DNA of 64,000 bases from an uncultured Alphaproteobacteria bacterium (GTDB lineage: Bacteria; Pseudomonadota; Alphaproteobacteria; Rhizobiales; Beijerinckiaceae). This document shows, piece by piece, positions 18,382 through 27,950 of the stretch (positions are counted from its first letter, which is position 1; every line of letters begins with the position of its first letter). Location of the stretch: positions 1,753 through 65,752 of the forward strand of contig CAVPMJ010000010.1 of assembly GCA_963706255.1 (NCBI GenBank), written 5' to 3'. Under the pieces are notes generated by a model. That model saw only the letters and a list, made by a program, of their open reading frames with translations. It made no database searches and was not told the DNA's origin. The position numbers were made by a program, and so were the translations under genes.

Positions 18382-19689
18382 GGGCATCTCGAAAAATAGG
18401 TTTCCCTGACGGCGGAAATCGGATTCAACCCAGCCATGCACTGAACACTGGAGTTCGACGTGGGCCAGCTGGGTTTTTTCGATCTGAACCGACGCTACGA
18501 AGCTCTAGACGAAAAAGGCGATCCACTTCTGGCGATCGCCGCGATGGTTCCATTTGAAAGCTTCCGGCCGAAGCTGAAGGACGCCCTGATCAAGGGCGAG
18601 CTTCGCAAGGATGATGCGGGACGCAAAAGTTCGGCGGGACGCAAGCCCTGGGACGAAGTCGTGATTTTCAAAGTGCTGGTGTTGCAGGCGCTCTACAATC
18701 TTTCTGATGATCAGGCCGAATACCAGCTTCGCGACCGCTACTCGTTCGGACGCTTTCTCGGCCTTGGTCTTGAAGACGCGGTTCCCGACGCCAAAACCTT
18801 GTGGCGCTATCGCGAGGCGCTGGCGAAAGCTGGCGCGGTGGAAGAATTGTTCGATTTGTTCGATGGGTTCCTGAAAGACAAGGGTTATCTCGCCATGGGC
18901 GGGCAGATCATCGACGCGACGATCATCTCGACGCCCAAGCAGCACAATTCGCGCGAGGAGAATGAGACAATCAAGGACGGCAAGACACCCGAAGACTGGA
19001 AGCAGAAGCCGGCCAAGAACCGTCAGAAGGACAAGGACGCGCGCTGGACGAAGAAGAACGAGCGGTCGTATTTCGGATACAAGAACCATATCGGCGTCGA
19101 TCGCCGACACAAATTCGTGCGCCGTTACGCGGTGAGCGACGCGAGCGTGCATGACAGTCAAAAGCTTGAGGACGTTCTCGATGCGAGCAACACGGCGTCG
19201 AACGTGTGGGCTGATAGCGCCTATCGCAGCAAGGAAATCGAGAAAAAGCTCGCCGAACGCGGCCTGAAGAGCCGCATTCATCGTAGAGCGTATCGTAATC
19301 GTCAACTCAGCGAAGCGCAGCAGGCCGCCAACAAAATGCGCTCGAAGGTGCGCGCCCGCGTCGAGCATGTGTTCGGCGACCAGAAGACCGGCATGGGAGC
19401 GGGAATTGTTCGCACCATCGGAATCGTTCGCGCGAGATGCAAGATCGGAATGACGAACCTCGCCTACAACATCCGACGCTTCATCTATCTGGAACGCATG
19501 AAAGCGGCGACCGCGTGAGCCCACGTGTCAGGCGCTGCGCCTGAAGTGCGAGGTTCGAGTAAAACAAAGATTCAACGACTGCGACGCCACAAAGACAAGC
19601 GTCGAGAAAACGCGCGAAACAAAAATCCGATGGCGCGTTGACATCAAACGCAGACCTTCACGCCAATACGCATATTTTTCGAGATACCC
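18382..19689 (+). mobile_element. IS5-family IS, copy B (1308 bp), inverted relative to copy A
   Basis: Same termini as copy A. 4-bp TSD TAAT at 18378-18381 and 19690-19693. Confidence 0.9.
18460..19518 (+). CDS. IS5-family DDE transposase (352 aa)
   Basis: Identical protein to copy A. Confidence 0.9.
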   Translation: MGQLGFFDLNRRYEALDEKGDPLLAIAAMVPFESFRPKLKDALIKGELRKDDAGRKSSAGRKPWDEVVIFKVLVLQALYNLSDDQAEYQLRDRYSFGRFLGLGLEDAVPDAKTLWRYREALAKAGAVEELFDLFDGFLKDKGYLAMGGQIIDATIISTPKQHNSREENETIKDGKTPEDWKQKPAKNRQKDKDARWTKKNERSYFGYKNHIGVDRRHKFVRRYAVSDASVHDSQKLEDVLDASNTASNVWADSAYRSKEIEKKLAERGLKSRIHRRAYRNRQLSEAQQAANKMRSKVRARVEHVFGDQKTGMGAGIVRTIGIVRARCKIGMTNLAYNIRRFIYLERMKAATA

Positions 19690-20056
19690 TAATGGAAAAG
19701 GAGCGCAGCAAGGAGGCAATCAGCTCCAGCCTATTCGGTTGCTAGTTCCGCCGCTGCTTCTGGCCCCGCTGCCTTCGCACCAACAGTTTGTCGGAGCCGG
19801 GATGAAAAAGCCAATGGTCCGCGCGGCTGCATTGATGCTCGTCGCCTATAAACGCCAAGCCGCCCCCAAAGGGACGTGCCGCGCTTTATCAGACAGCGCG
19901 CCGGGGGTTGTATTTTTGCAACGACCCGCGACAAACTTCTCAGCTCAATGCTGCAGGTTAAACGTTTCGCATTGACTTCGTCCTGCTCGATGCCCGAGTC
20001 TTCTTGTACCTCTATAGAGGGAGGACGTTAGGGGCCTCCACCGCCAATAGGACACG

Positions 20057-21800
20057 ATGCGCAGCAGCACTCGCTCGCTTTTTATTCAGCTATCCGCTTT
20101 GACGCTTCTGTTGCTCGCGCAGGAGTCGCCGGCGGCTGATCTTCCGACGCGCAAGGCGCCGCCGATCGCACCGCCGCCGATCTTCACTTGGACAGGCTTC
20201 TATGTCGGCTTCAACTTTGGCTACACATGGACGGCAAGCCCGTCGATCGTCGCGGGCTCCGCCAACCTCGTCGATTTTTCCGCAGAGCGTTTTGGGCTTG
20301 CCTCGGCGATCAGCGCCTCGGGCGTTCCCAGCGCGCGCCTCGATGGCTTCTTCTTTGGCGGCCAGGCCGGCTACAACTGGCAATTCGCCGACAAGCTGAT
20401 CGCCGGCTTCGAGGCGGACATTCAGGGCGCCGGCGTGCGTGGCGGCGGCGGCCTCGCCAATGTAACCGGGGCGCCTACCGGCTTTGCGGTGACGGGCGGC
20501 AAACTTAATCGCAGCCTCGAATATCTGGGCACGGCCCGCGGCCGCCTCGGCTACGCCGTCACGCCGACGATCATGGCCTATGTGACAGGCGGCCTCGCTT
20601 ATGGCGGCGCCAATCTGACGACGACAATCAGGCAGAGCCTGACGCCCTCGATCCTCATAGGGAACCCCGGAAAGGGCGATCTTTATGAAAACCTCGTCGG
20701 CTGGACGATCGGCGCCGGCGGCGAGATGGCGCTCTCACGCAATTTGAGCGCCAAGCTGGAATATCTCTATTACGATCTCGGCGGTCTCCAACTCTCTACC
20801 GCGTCCAATCCGCTCGCCTTCACCGACCCTCTCCTTGGGTTGCGTCTGGTCGACGCGACGAACGTCTCGACCCGGTTCAATGGGCACATCATCCGCGCCG
20901 GGCTCAATTATCGCTTCGATTGGAGCATTCCGGAGACTCCTGGTTCGCCGGCGACGCCGCTTTTCGCCTCGCCCCAATTCGCTTCGGCGGAGGCGCCGGT
21001 CCTGAGCGACTGGCGTTTCATGGTCATGCCCTACATGTGGGCGATTAACTTGAATGGCGCGCTAAACGATTCGCAGTCAGAACGTCGAAGCGAACGCAAC
21101 GATCATCGACGCGATCACGAAGAGCAGCTCCTTTCCGCTCGCCTTCATGGGACGCGTCGAAGCGAGCAATGGGCCATTTTGGCTCTATGGCGATTTTGCC
21201 TGGGTGCGGCTACGATTTTCGGGCTCGACTCTGAAGCTGCGATCGCCCTTTGCGGACGTTGCTTTTGCACTCGACGCGAGTGGACATATGCGGCTGACGA
21301 TGGCGATTGGCGAGGCAGGCGTCGGTTATGAACTGGCTCGATGGAAGCTGACGAACGCGCCGGCTTCCTTCACCGCGCTCGATGCCTATGCCGGGATGCG
21401 CTACTTTTATCTCGGCGCCGATCTCACTTTGCGGGCTCTCGGCGCTGTCACATCGCCGTTCCTCGACGTGGATCAGCTTGGCGCGCGCGCTCACGCGAAA
21501 TCCCGCGGAATTGAGTGGGTCGACCCGGTGGTCGGCCTGCGCATGCGCCATAGCTTCTCGCCGGGCGAGAATTTCGAGATGCGCGGCGACATTGGCGGCT
21601 TTGGCGTCGGCAGCAAATTCAGTTGGCAGTTCTATGGCGGCTACAGCCACGACTTCGAGTTCAACGGCATGAAGTTCGCGGGCCTCGTGGGCTACCGCGC
21701 CCTCAGCGTCGACTACTCGACGCGCCGCTGGGACGGCAGGGAGAACGGTATCAACGCCATCATCCACGGACCGATCACGGGCGTCAGTATGCGGTTTTAG
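20057..21800 (+). pseudogene. Two-domain outer-membrane protein (Omp25-like barrel plus a second ~230-aa beta-barrel), frame broken near 21060
   Basis: ORF 20057-21331 is Omp25-like up to ...MPYMWAINLNGA and is then out of frame. The frame of ORF 21147-21800 reads back to TIRSQNVEANATIIDAITKSSSFPLAFMGRVEASNGPFWLYGDFAWVRL... and ends in GVSMRF. Total length is 3n+1. Confidence 0.7.
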
Positions 21801-22067
21801 TGGACGCGCACTAACTAATGGGCATATGAGTTAGGCGTTCGAGAGGGCTATGAGCAGAATGGCTTGTGCGTCGCGATGGGCGCGTCTCGTGAGCTTTGCG
21901 CCAGTGCCGGGTTGGGAGCGATCAGTGCAGAAAAAGCTGGAACCGCAGCAAACGCCGTGAGCAGCCTCCGGCGATTGAGCCTCGAGAAAGACGGATTCGA
22001 TGGCATCGGGCGGCTCCTCTAAGGTTCTGAAAAAAGAAGCCGAAGGGGGCGCAACGGGCCCAACTCG

Positions 22068-22098
22068 AAAAAACAGGCGCCCTTCGGGGGGCGCCTGT
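22068..22098 (-). terminator. Rho-independent terminator of the sulfatase gene
   Basis: ACAGGCGCC...GGCGCCTGT hairpin, followed by T6 on the minus strand. Confidence 0.75.
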
Positions 22099-22126
22099 TC
22101 TTCACAATCATACTCGTCTCTTGCGG

Positions 22127-23845
22127 TCAGTCGCTCGCGTGACTGGCGGCGGCCTTCTTTACCGCCTCCAAGATCGACGTGAGGTTGTAGCTTTCAGCAG
22201 GCTGCAGCGGCGGGTACTTTTCATACGACAGCAGATGCTCGAACCAGAGTCGCTGACCGATCGGCAGCATGTTCCAATCATATTGGAAGGCGGTGGCTGG
22301 AGCCCCGAGCGCGCCGCCCAACGACATCGCCGATTTCTGCTCGACGCCGACATTCTGCTCGAACGGATCGCGCTTGATATTCTGGACCAGCGTGAAGTGG
22401 AACGAGGTGAGCGGCATGATCCAGCCGGCCGGACCCGGCTGCGACATGGTGTAATACATCTTCCAATTCTTGTAGCGCACCGCCGATGGCGTCGCGCCGG
22501 AGAAGTAGAAGAAGTGGTTGCGCGCCGAGTTTGGTGACTTGCCTTCGAGGTAGTCGCGCTGGTCAAAGCCGTCGAGCGTCGTCTTGACGATGCCTTTGTA
22601 TTTACCTGCCTCGATTTCCTTTTTTAGCTCGTCGCCTTTGGGCCCGCCGGCGATGTCGACCAGCGTGGGGACCCAATCGAGTGCGGCAAACAGCTGATCA
22701 TGCACCGTGCCCGGCTTGATATGGCCCGGCCAGCGAATAACCATCGGCGCCCGATAACCGCCTTCCCACGCCTCGCCTTTCTGGCCCTTGAACGGCGTGA
22801 TGCCGCCGTCGGGGAAGGAAATCTGCTCGGCGCCGTTGTCGGTGGTGAAGACCACGATGGTGTTGTCGAGTTGGCCCATGTCCTCAAGCTTCTTCAGCAC
22901 ATAGCCGATGTTATCGTCCATCTGCTTCATGCCGGCCTCATTGACGCCCCAGTCCTTGCCGCCCTGCACGCCGAGCATGGCCTCATACTTCGGCGGCAGC
23001 ACGGTCACGACGTGCATGCGTGCTGGATTGTACCAGACGAAGAAAGGCTTGTTGGTCTTCTTGGGGTCGTTGCGATCGAGGAAGTCGATGACCTTGGCGG
23101 AAATTTCCTCGTCCACCGTTTTCGACCGCTCAAGCGTCAGCGGGCCTTCGTCCTTGCATTTCTGGTTCTTCTCCGTTCCATCGGAGGACGTACACCACAA
23201 GACCGGGCGCGGCGGCGTCAGGCAAACCGTTGTTTTTGGATCGACGGCGCCGGGAACGTCCGGCACGCCGGGAATCGGCGTATTCTTGCATGGCGGCGCG
23301 ACGCCTTGTTCCGTCGGAGACTTATTGATGTCGGGGAAACTCACCTGCTGCATCGCGTCGAGGTGATACAGATAGCCCCAATATTCTTGGAAGCCATGCG
23401 CCGTCGGCAGGGCAGCCGTGTGGTCGCCCAAATGATTTTTGCCGAACTCGCCGGTGGTGTAGCCAAGATCGTGGAGGAATTTGGCGAGCGCCGGCGTGCC
23501 GGGCCGCAGATAGGACGGGCTGCCCGGCAGCTGAGGCGGGATCATGCCGGTGCGCAGCGGATACATCCCGGTGAAGAAGGCGTTGCGGCCGGACGTGCAG
23601 CTCTGCATGGCGACGTAATCGACAAACATCGCGCCTTCGTGTCCGATGCGGTCGATGTTGGGCGTTTCTCCCACCATCAAGCCGCGATGGTAGATGCTCG
23701 GCTGCATCCAGCCGATGTCGTCGCCCATGATAAAGAGAATGTTGGGCTTCTCGGTCTTGGTTTGCGCCAAGGTGGCCCCAGACATCGCCGTCGCCCCGAC
23801 CCCAAAAGCGAGCGCCGCTTTTCCTAACTTCCCTAAACGTTTCAT
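22127..23845 (-). CDS. Secreted sulfatase (arylsulfatase family)
   Basis: MKRLGKLGKAALAFGVGATAMSGATLA signal. NILFIMGDDIGW and SCTSGRNAFFTG (C-x-x-x-R formylglycine motif). GGAGG RBS. Confidence 0.85.
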   Translation of the reverse strand: MKRLGKLGKAALAFGVGATAMSGATLAQTKTEKPNILFIMGDDIGWMQPSIYHRGLMVGETPNIDRIGHEGAMFVDYVAMQSCTSGRNAFFTGMYPLRTGMIPPQLPGSPSYLRPGTPALAKFLHDLGYTTGEFGKNHLGDHTAALPTAHGFQEYWGYLYHLDAMQQVSFPDINKSPTEQGVAPPCKNTPIPGVPDVPGAVDPKTTVCLTPPRPVLWCTSSDGTEKNQKCKDEGPLTLERSKTVDEEISAKVIDFLDRNDPKKTNKPFFVWYNPARMHVVTVLPPKYEAMLGVQGGKDWGVNEAGMKQMDDNIGYVLKKLEDMGQLDNTIVVFTTDNGAEQISFPDGGITPFKGQKGEAWEGGYRAPMVIRWPGHIKPGTVHDQLFAALDWVPTLVDIAGGPKGDELKKEIEAGKYKGIVKTTLDGFDQRDYLEGKSPNSARNHFFYFSGATPSAVRYKNWKMYYTMSQPGPAGWIMPLTSFHFTLVQNIKRDPFEQNVGVEQKSAMSLGGALGAPATAFQYDWNMLPIGQRLWFEHLLSYEKYPPLQPAESYNLTSILEAVKKAAASHASD

Positions 23846-23916
23846 GGCAGTCCTCCCCGGCACCGCATTATTTGAACATCGTTTCTGTGCTCGCGACGGG
23901 CAGCAAGTATTACCGG

Positions 23917-23962
23917 TGCATACCACTTGGCCTTATCGATGAACTTGGAACTAGCTCAACAG
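23917..23962. repeat. 46-bp repeat, copy 1 (upstream of the sulfatase)
   Basis: TGCATACCACTTGGCCTTATCGATGAACTTGGAACTAGCTCAACAG is 44/46 identical to 24642-24687. The match continues as CGGTTGGTTCC. Confidence 0.85.
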
Positions 23963-24049
23963 CCGGTTGGTTCCGTTGCAGGGGTAACAATTTCGCCTCA
24001 GCGCAGAAACCTCATCACGGCGCCCCTCTTCAAAAGTCGGTAGCGGCGT

Positions 24050-24427
24050 TTATTCGGGGAGTCTGAAAATCCAGTACCCGAGCGGAACAAGGGTGAACTC
24101 CATGAAGATATATAGGACCAGCAATGGCGAGGGGCGCCCGTCGGCGAACAAGCTAATCAATCGTCCTGTGACGAGCCCACCGGAAAAAACGACCGTGGTC
24201 AGTATCGCGGCGTTTCGGTAGCTGTCGTGAAATGCAGCGTAGAGCCAAAACATTCCGAAGGCGACGTAAAGTCCCATGACCGCCCGGAGAATATGCGCGA
24301 GATCAACGTCGAGTTGCGCGACGCCAAGAAACGTTCGCGCGAACCAGTGCGGGGAAACGCCATAGAGAAGAGCGATAATCGAAACAGCACAAGAGCCAAA
24401 GACGAGATAGAATTTCTTGATTTTCAT
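24050..24427 (-). CDS. Small 4-TM membrane protein (DUF4345-like)
   Basis: MKIKKFYLVFGSCAVSIIALLYG... with four hydrophobic helices. Confidence 0.55.
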   Translation of the reverse strand: MKIKKFYLVFGSCAVSIIALLYGVSPHWFARTFLGVAQLDVDLAHILRAVMGLYVAFGMFWLYAAFHDSYRNAAILTTVVFSGGLVTGRLISLFADGRPSPLLVLYIFMEFTLVPLGYWIFRLPE

Positions 24428-24641
24428 GGCCCTTGCCGCTTTGATCGCCAACTAGCATGGCGAAGCCGTTGCGCTTTTGACGCAACGGCCTCCAATTTGT
24501 CGGTTAGTGGCCGCTGCCTCCTGCTTCGATCTGCTTTTGAATCTTATCCAGATCGAACGAGCCCGGCGTCTGGCTCGGCGGATATTCCTTCATCGTCATG
24601 AGGAATTTTGCCGCTGGCGATGCGGTCGATATTCAGCGTCT

Positions 24642-24687
24642 TGCACACCGCTTGGCCTTATCGATGAACTTGGAACTAGCTCAACAG
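24642..24687. repeat. 46-bp repeat, copy 2
   Basis: See 23917-23962. A 10-bp insertion (TTGAAAGCAT) precedes the CGGTTGGTTCC extension. Confidence 0.85.
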
Positions 24688-25134
24688 TTGAAAGCATCGG
24701 TTGGTTCCTTGTTGGTAGCAATTCGCGGCAGCATAGCCTTGGCAACCGCAATTCCCGTCCGCCAGGACATAGGAGTATCGAGCTTCGTGAAGCATCTGGC
24801 CAACTTCGCATTGAAGTCGCGGACGGCATGGGGCCGGATCGTGAAGCAATCGAAATCGGCGCACCCAAATGAAAATGTCGCGAAGGGTCTACTTCCGCTT
24901 ATGGCGCATCGCGGACATGCCGCGCTGTGTTCCTGCGTTGGGGCCTGCGGGGTGGCCGGAACGCGGCCATGACGCTCGGTTTTGGCGGCGCGGAATTTGT
25001 ATCGAAGCGGATGCTGGGAAGGGGATTGTCCAGCTACCGGCGAGCCCTATCCTCACATCGCGGCGTCACGCTCAATTTCATCGCAACAAAAAGCTCGACC
25101 TTCTGAAAGTCAGCCCTTATCGCGAGGTTTTTCC

Positions 25135-25510
25135 ATGCGCCTCAGCCGGCTTGCGGTCCTCGCCTTCGCAGCGTCCACCCTCTTTCCCAGTCTTACTCCC
25201 GCCGCAGCGCAGCAGACCACCGGCACGCCCGGCACGCCGGACGCCACGACGACAATAGACGGCAATTATCTTCCGCCTCCGCCCCCGCGGTTCGGGACAA
25301 GCTGCGTAACATGCAGGAGCTTTTCCTGGTCGAGGCTTCACCAACAACATGCTTGTCAGTCCGGAGAGCGCGCCCAAGAACGAGCTGTTTCAGCGAAATG
25401 ACAATTATTTCGTTTATCTCAAGCCCGACAATGTGGATGACGCAACGATCTTGAAGGATGTCCACTTTCCTGAGGCGCCGCCGCCTTGGATCTGGATGCC
25501 GCCCCACTGA
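25135..25510 (+). pseudogene. Remnant of a large arylsulfatase (N-terminal ~55 aa joined to C-terminal fragments)
   Basis: MRLSRLAVLAFAAS...AAQQTTGTPGTPDATTTIDGNYLPPPPPRFG matches the conserved N-terminus of ~780-aa arylsulfatases. It is followed in another frame by RDKLRNMQELFLVEA, a late-domain motif. Confidence 0.5.
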
Positions 25511-25778
25511 GCGATTAGGGTCTGTTGGCATTCAGATTGATCGGGATAGGGGGATGCCTTTCAGCATCGCCCCTCCCACACCACCGGGCATACGGGTCCG
25601 TACCACGGCGGTTCGACTGTAAGCGGCACGGCCGTCCCACCTCGCAATTTTTCGACTGACCGGTGACACTCTGCTGCTGATTTGGGGAGCGAAGGGGTGA
25701 GCCGATGGAAAATTCGTAAGCGCTGTTACGACGCCACCTTCCAACTGATGACGAAAGCGGTGAGTCTGATCTCCTGAG

Positions 25779-26225
25779 ATGGGGATAAGGCTTGTGTCCA
25801 GACTTGATCATACGCTTGAGCCTAATGGCGGCTCCGTTCGTCGAATTGAAGTGATCACGGGCGGCGGCGAACGTCGTCGACGCTGGTCGGATGAGGAGAA
25901 GGCGTAAGCAGTCGAAAAGTCGCTGGCGCCTGGCGCGGTGGTTTCGGTGGTCGCGCGGCGGCGTGGGCTGACGCCGCAGCAATTGTTTTCGTGGCGACGG
26001 GAGGCGCGGTGGCGGGCGGCGGAATTCGACGCTGTTTCATTTGCGCCGGTTGTTGTCGAGCGACGAGAGGAAGCGCCGGTCGCTTTGGCGTCGGAGAGCA
26101 GATCGGTCGCGGCTCGCCCGCATGTGATCGAACTCGATATTGATGGCGCGAGCGTCTGGATCTGGCGCGACGCGCCCGCCGGCATGGTCACGGCGATTAT
26201 CGACGCCTTGAAGGCGCGCTCATGA
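25779..26225 (+). pseudogene. tnpA: IS66 accessory protein TnpA with in-frame TAA (25905-25907)
   Basis: ...RRIEVITGGGERRRRWSDEEKA*AVEKSLAPGAVVSVVARRRGLTPQQLFSWRRE... Confidence 0.7.
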
Positions 26226-26575
26226 TCGGCCCGACAGGCGCGGTCCGCGTCATGGTGGCGACGAAGCCCGTCGACTTCCGCAAGGGCGCGGAAGGTCTCG
26301 CAGCGCTGGTGCGCGACACGATGCAGGCGGATCCCTTTGACGGCGCCATTTATGTGTTCCGCGCAAAAAGGGCCGATCGCATCAAACTGGTATTCTGGGA
26401 CGGCACGGGCGTCTGTCTTTTCGCCAAACGGCTGGAGGACGGCGAGTTCCGCTGGCCGAGGATCGAAGACGGGGTGATGCGATTGTCGGCGACACAATTT
26501 TCGGCGCTGCTTGAAGGGCTCGATTGGAAGCGCGTGCGTGCGAAAGAGACGCCGGCGCCAACTCTGCCCGGCTGA
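26222..26575 (+). CDS. tnpB: IS66 accessory protein TnpB
   Basis: MIGPTGAVRVMVATKPVDFRKGAEGLAALV...IKLVFWDGTGVCLFAKRLE. ATGA overlap with tnpA. Confidence 0.85.
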   Translation: MIGPTGAVRVMVATKPVDFRKGAEGLAALVRDTMQADPFDGAIYVFRAKRADRIKLVFWDGTGVCLFAKRLEDGEFRWPRIEDGVMRLSATQFSALLEGLDWKRVRAKETPAPTLPG

Positions 26576-26644
26576 TGTGCGGCATAGTAAATCATGGTCC
26601 TGAAGATCGTCGCGGCGCGCCGGAAAATATGATCTGCTTCGCTT

Positions 26645-26713
26645 ATGCCGCAGGCGATCGAAGCGCTTCCCGACGATCCGAACGAACTGAAGGCGATGCT
26701 CCTTGCCGAGCGT
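26645..26713 (+). pseudogene. tnpC: 5' stub of the IS66 transposase TnpC
   Basis: MPQAIEALPDDPNELKAMLLAER, then unrelated sequence. Confidence 0.7.
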
Positions 26714-26724
26714 TGTGATGAAAG

Positions 26725-26991
26725 TTACGGAAGGAATGCGTCCGACATAGCCAGAATCTTGAGGATGATGCTTCCGCCGGGCACGGCGTTGAAGAAGTCT
26801 TCAAAGCGCTTCGGCTCGAAACCAGATAGAATCATAAGTCCCGAGAAAATCAGCAGGAGGAAGGCAATCTTCGGAAATATGAGACCAATGATGATCACAA
26901 CCGCCAGAAACACCCCCCACTTGGTCCTCTTGGCAGACGCGGATCCGACCTCACTTGACTGCGTCCCTTTAGCGCCGAGCGAGTTCCTCAA
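26725..26991 (-). CDS. Small membrane protein (2 TM), low-GC
   Basis: WGVFLAVVIIIGLIFPKIAFLLLIFSGLMILSG. Confidence 0.4.
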   Translation of the reverse strand: MRNSLGAKGTQSSEVGSASAKRTKWGVFLAVVIIIGLIFPKIAFLLLIFSGLMILSGFEPKRFEDFFNAVPGGSIILKILAMSDAFLP

Positions 26992-27155
26992 ACAGCGGCA
27001 GTCGTGTGGCGGTCAGCCCCCTCCTCAGAGACGCCGCCCTTATATTGGCTCCAGACCCATGCTTTAGATGTATCGGTCATAACTGCTTCCCACAGAATCT
27101 ATTGGATTTCCCCTTCATATTAACTTACAGCCAACTCAACGAATGGGGTGACGCA

Positions 27156-27509
27156 ATGCATTTCGTAATCTCCGCTACTTACGGTCCGACGGACCCAACC
27201 CGGGCCATGCTGCCTTTTATCTTCGCGGCGACCGCCCTTCAGGACGGGGATAAGGTGACGCTGATGCTGTTCGCCGACTCGGTGTTTTCAGCCGTCGATG
27301 GCGCTGCAGCCACACTCGTGCCTGTCGGGCCGCCCAACAAGTATGAGGACGTTGCTGCTCACCCGAATGCGACGGTCTTCGTCTGCAAGCCATGCCTTGA
27401 AGCCCGAGGACTGAGCGCCGCCTCCCTTGATAAGCGCGTGAAGCTCGGCGGGATGAATGACTTCCACGCGGCGGCGAAGCAGCCCGACGCCAAAGTTGTG
27501 AATTTCTGA
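27156..27509 (+). CDS. DsrE/DsrF-like family protein
   Basis: MHFVISATYGPTDPTRAMLPFIFAATALQDGDKVTLMLF...VFVCKPCLEARGL. Confidence 0.6.
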   Translation: MHFVISATYGPTDPTRAMLPFIFAATALQDGDKVTLMLFADSVFSAVDGAAATLVPVGPPNKYEDVAAHPNATVFVCKPCLEARGLSAASLDKRVKLGGMNDFHAAAKQPDAKVVNF

Positions 27510-27766
27510 CGGCAGTAGAGCCTACAGTCCGGGGACGCTCGGCTACGTGGTCGGCTATTTGTTCGCGCTGCAGTGGAACTGGCTGAGCGGCGAGGGGGCG
27601 TCCTCGGCGAGATCCCAGCCGCTCATGGCTGAGGGCGCGGACGCGGCGATAGTCAGATCCATTGGTGCAGTGCCGAAAAACTGTCGCCTTGCTTCCCATG
27701 TGCTTCCCAATCGCCATTTCTGGGAAGCAGTTCGCTGCGATGGCGGCTTTAACATCTTGATTTTAA

Positions 27767-27842
<76 letters not shown>

Positions 27843-27950
27843 GTCCGGCGAGCGCCGCGGCGCTTTTCGAACGAGCGGTGCGAATATCAAAAGCGCTCGC
27901 CGCTGTCCAGCGTCCTTCGCCCGGGCGGCGTTTTTTTAAGGCCTGCGTCG

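Larger units (their letters stand above)
25716..26713 (+). mobile_element. Truncated IS66-family element (left end, tnpA, tnpB, first ~23 codons of tnpC)
   Basis: Left terminus starts with GTAAGCG, typical of IS66 IRs. The gene order is characteristic. tnpC breaks off at about 26713, where GC content drops. Confidence 0.75.

Noticed and set aside
16411-19693. Composite transposon formed by the two IS5 copies
   Set aside because: Each copy has its own matching 4-bp duplication (TAGA; TAAT) and the outer flanks do not match, so they are independent insertions. The structure is kept as a finding only for its inversion and assembly-risk potential.
22127-23845. Unusual sulfatase active-site motif CTSGR instead of C-x-P/A-x-R
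   Set aside because: Related ~570-aa sulfatases commonly have CTAGR-type motifs. Ser at position 3 is a minor variation and not evidence of novelty without an alignment.
23917-23980. ECF (GGAAC-N16/17-CGTT) or sigma-54 (TGGCAC-N5-TTGC) promoter inside the 46-bp repeat
   Set aside because: GGAAC is present, but no CGTT lies at the required spacing in either copy. TTGGCC...GAAC does not fit the -24/-12 consensus.
25511-25715. Group II intron domain V or a cobalamin riboswitch
   Set aside because: GACCCGTATGCC and ACTGTAAGCGG resemble short pieces of those consensus sequences. The AGC triad/34-nt domain V geometry and the GGTGAAAATCC/B12-box elements are absent.
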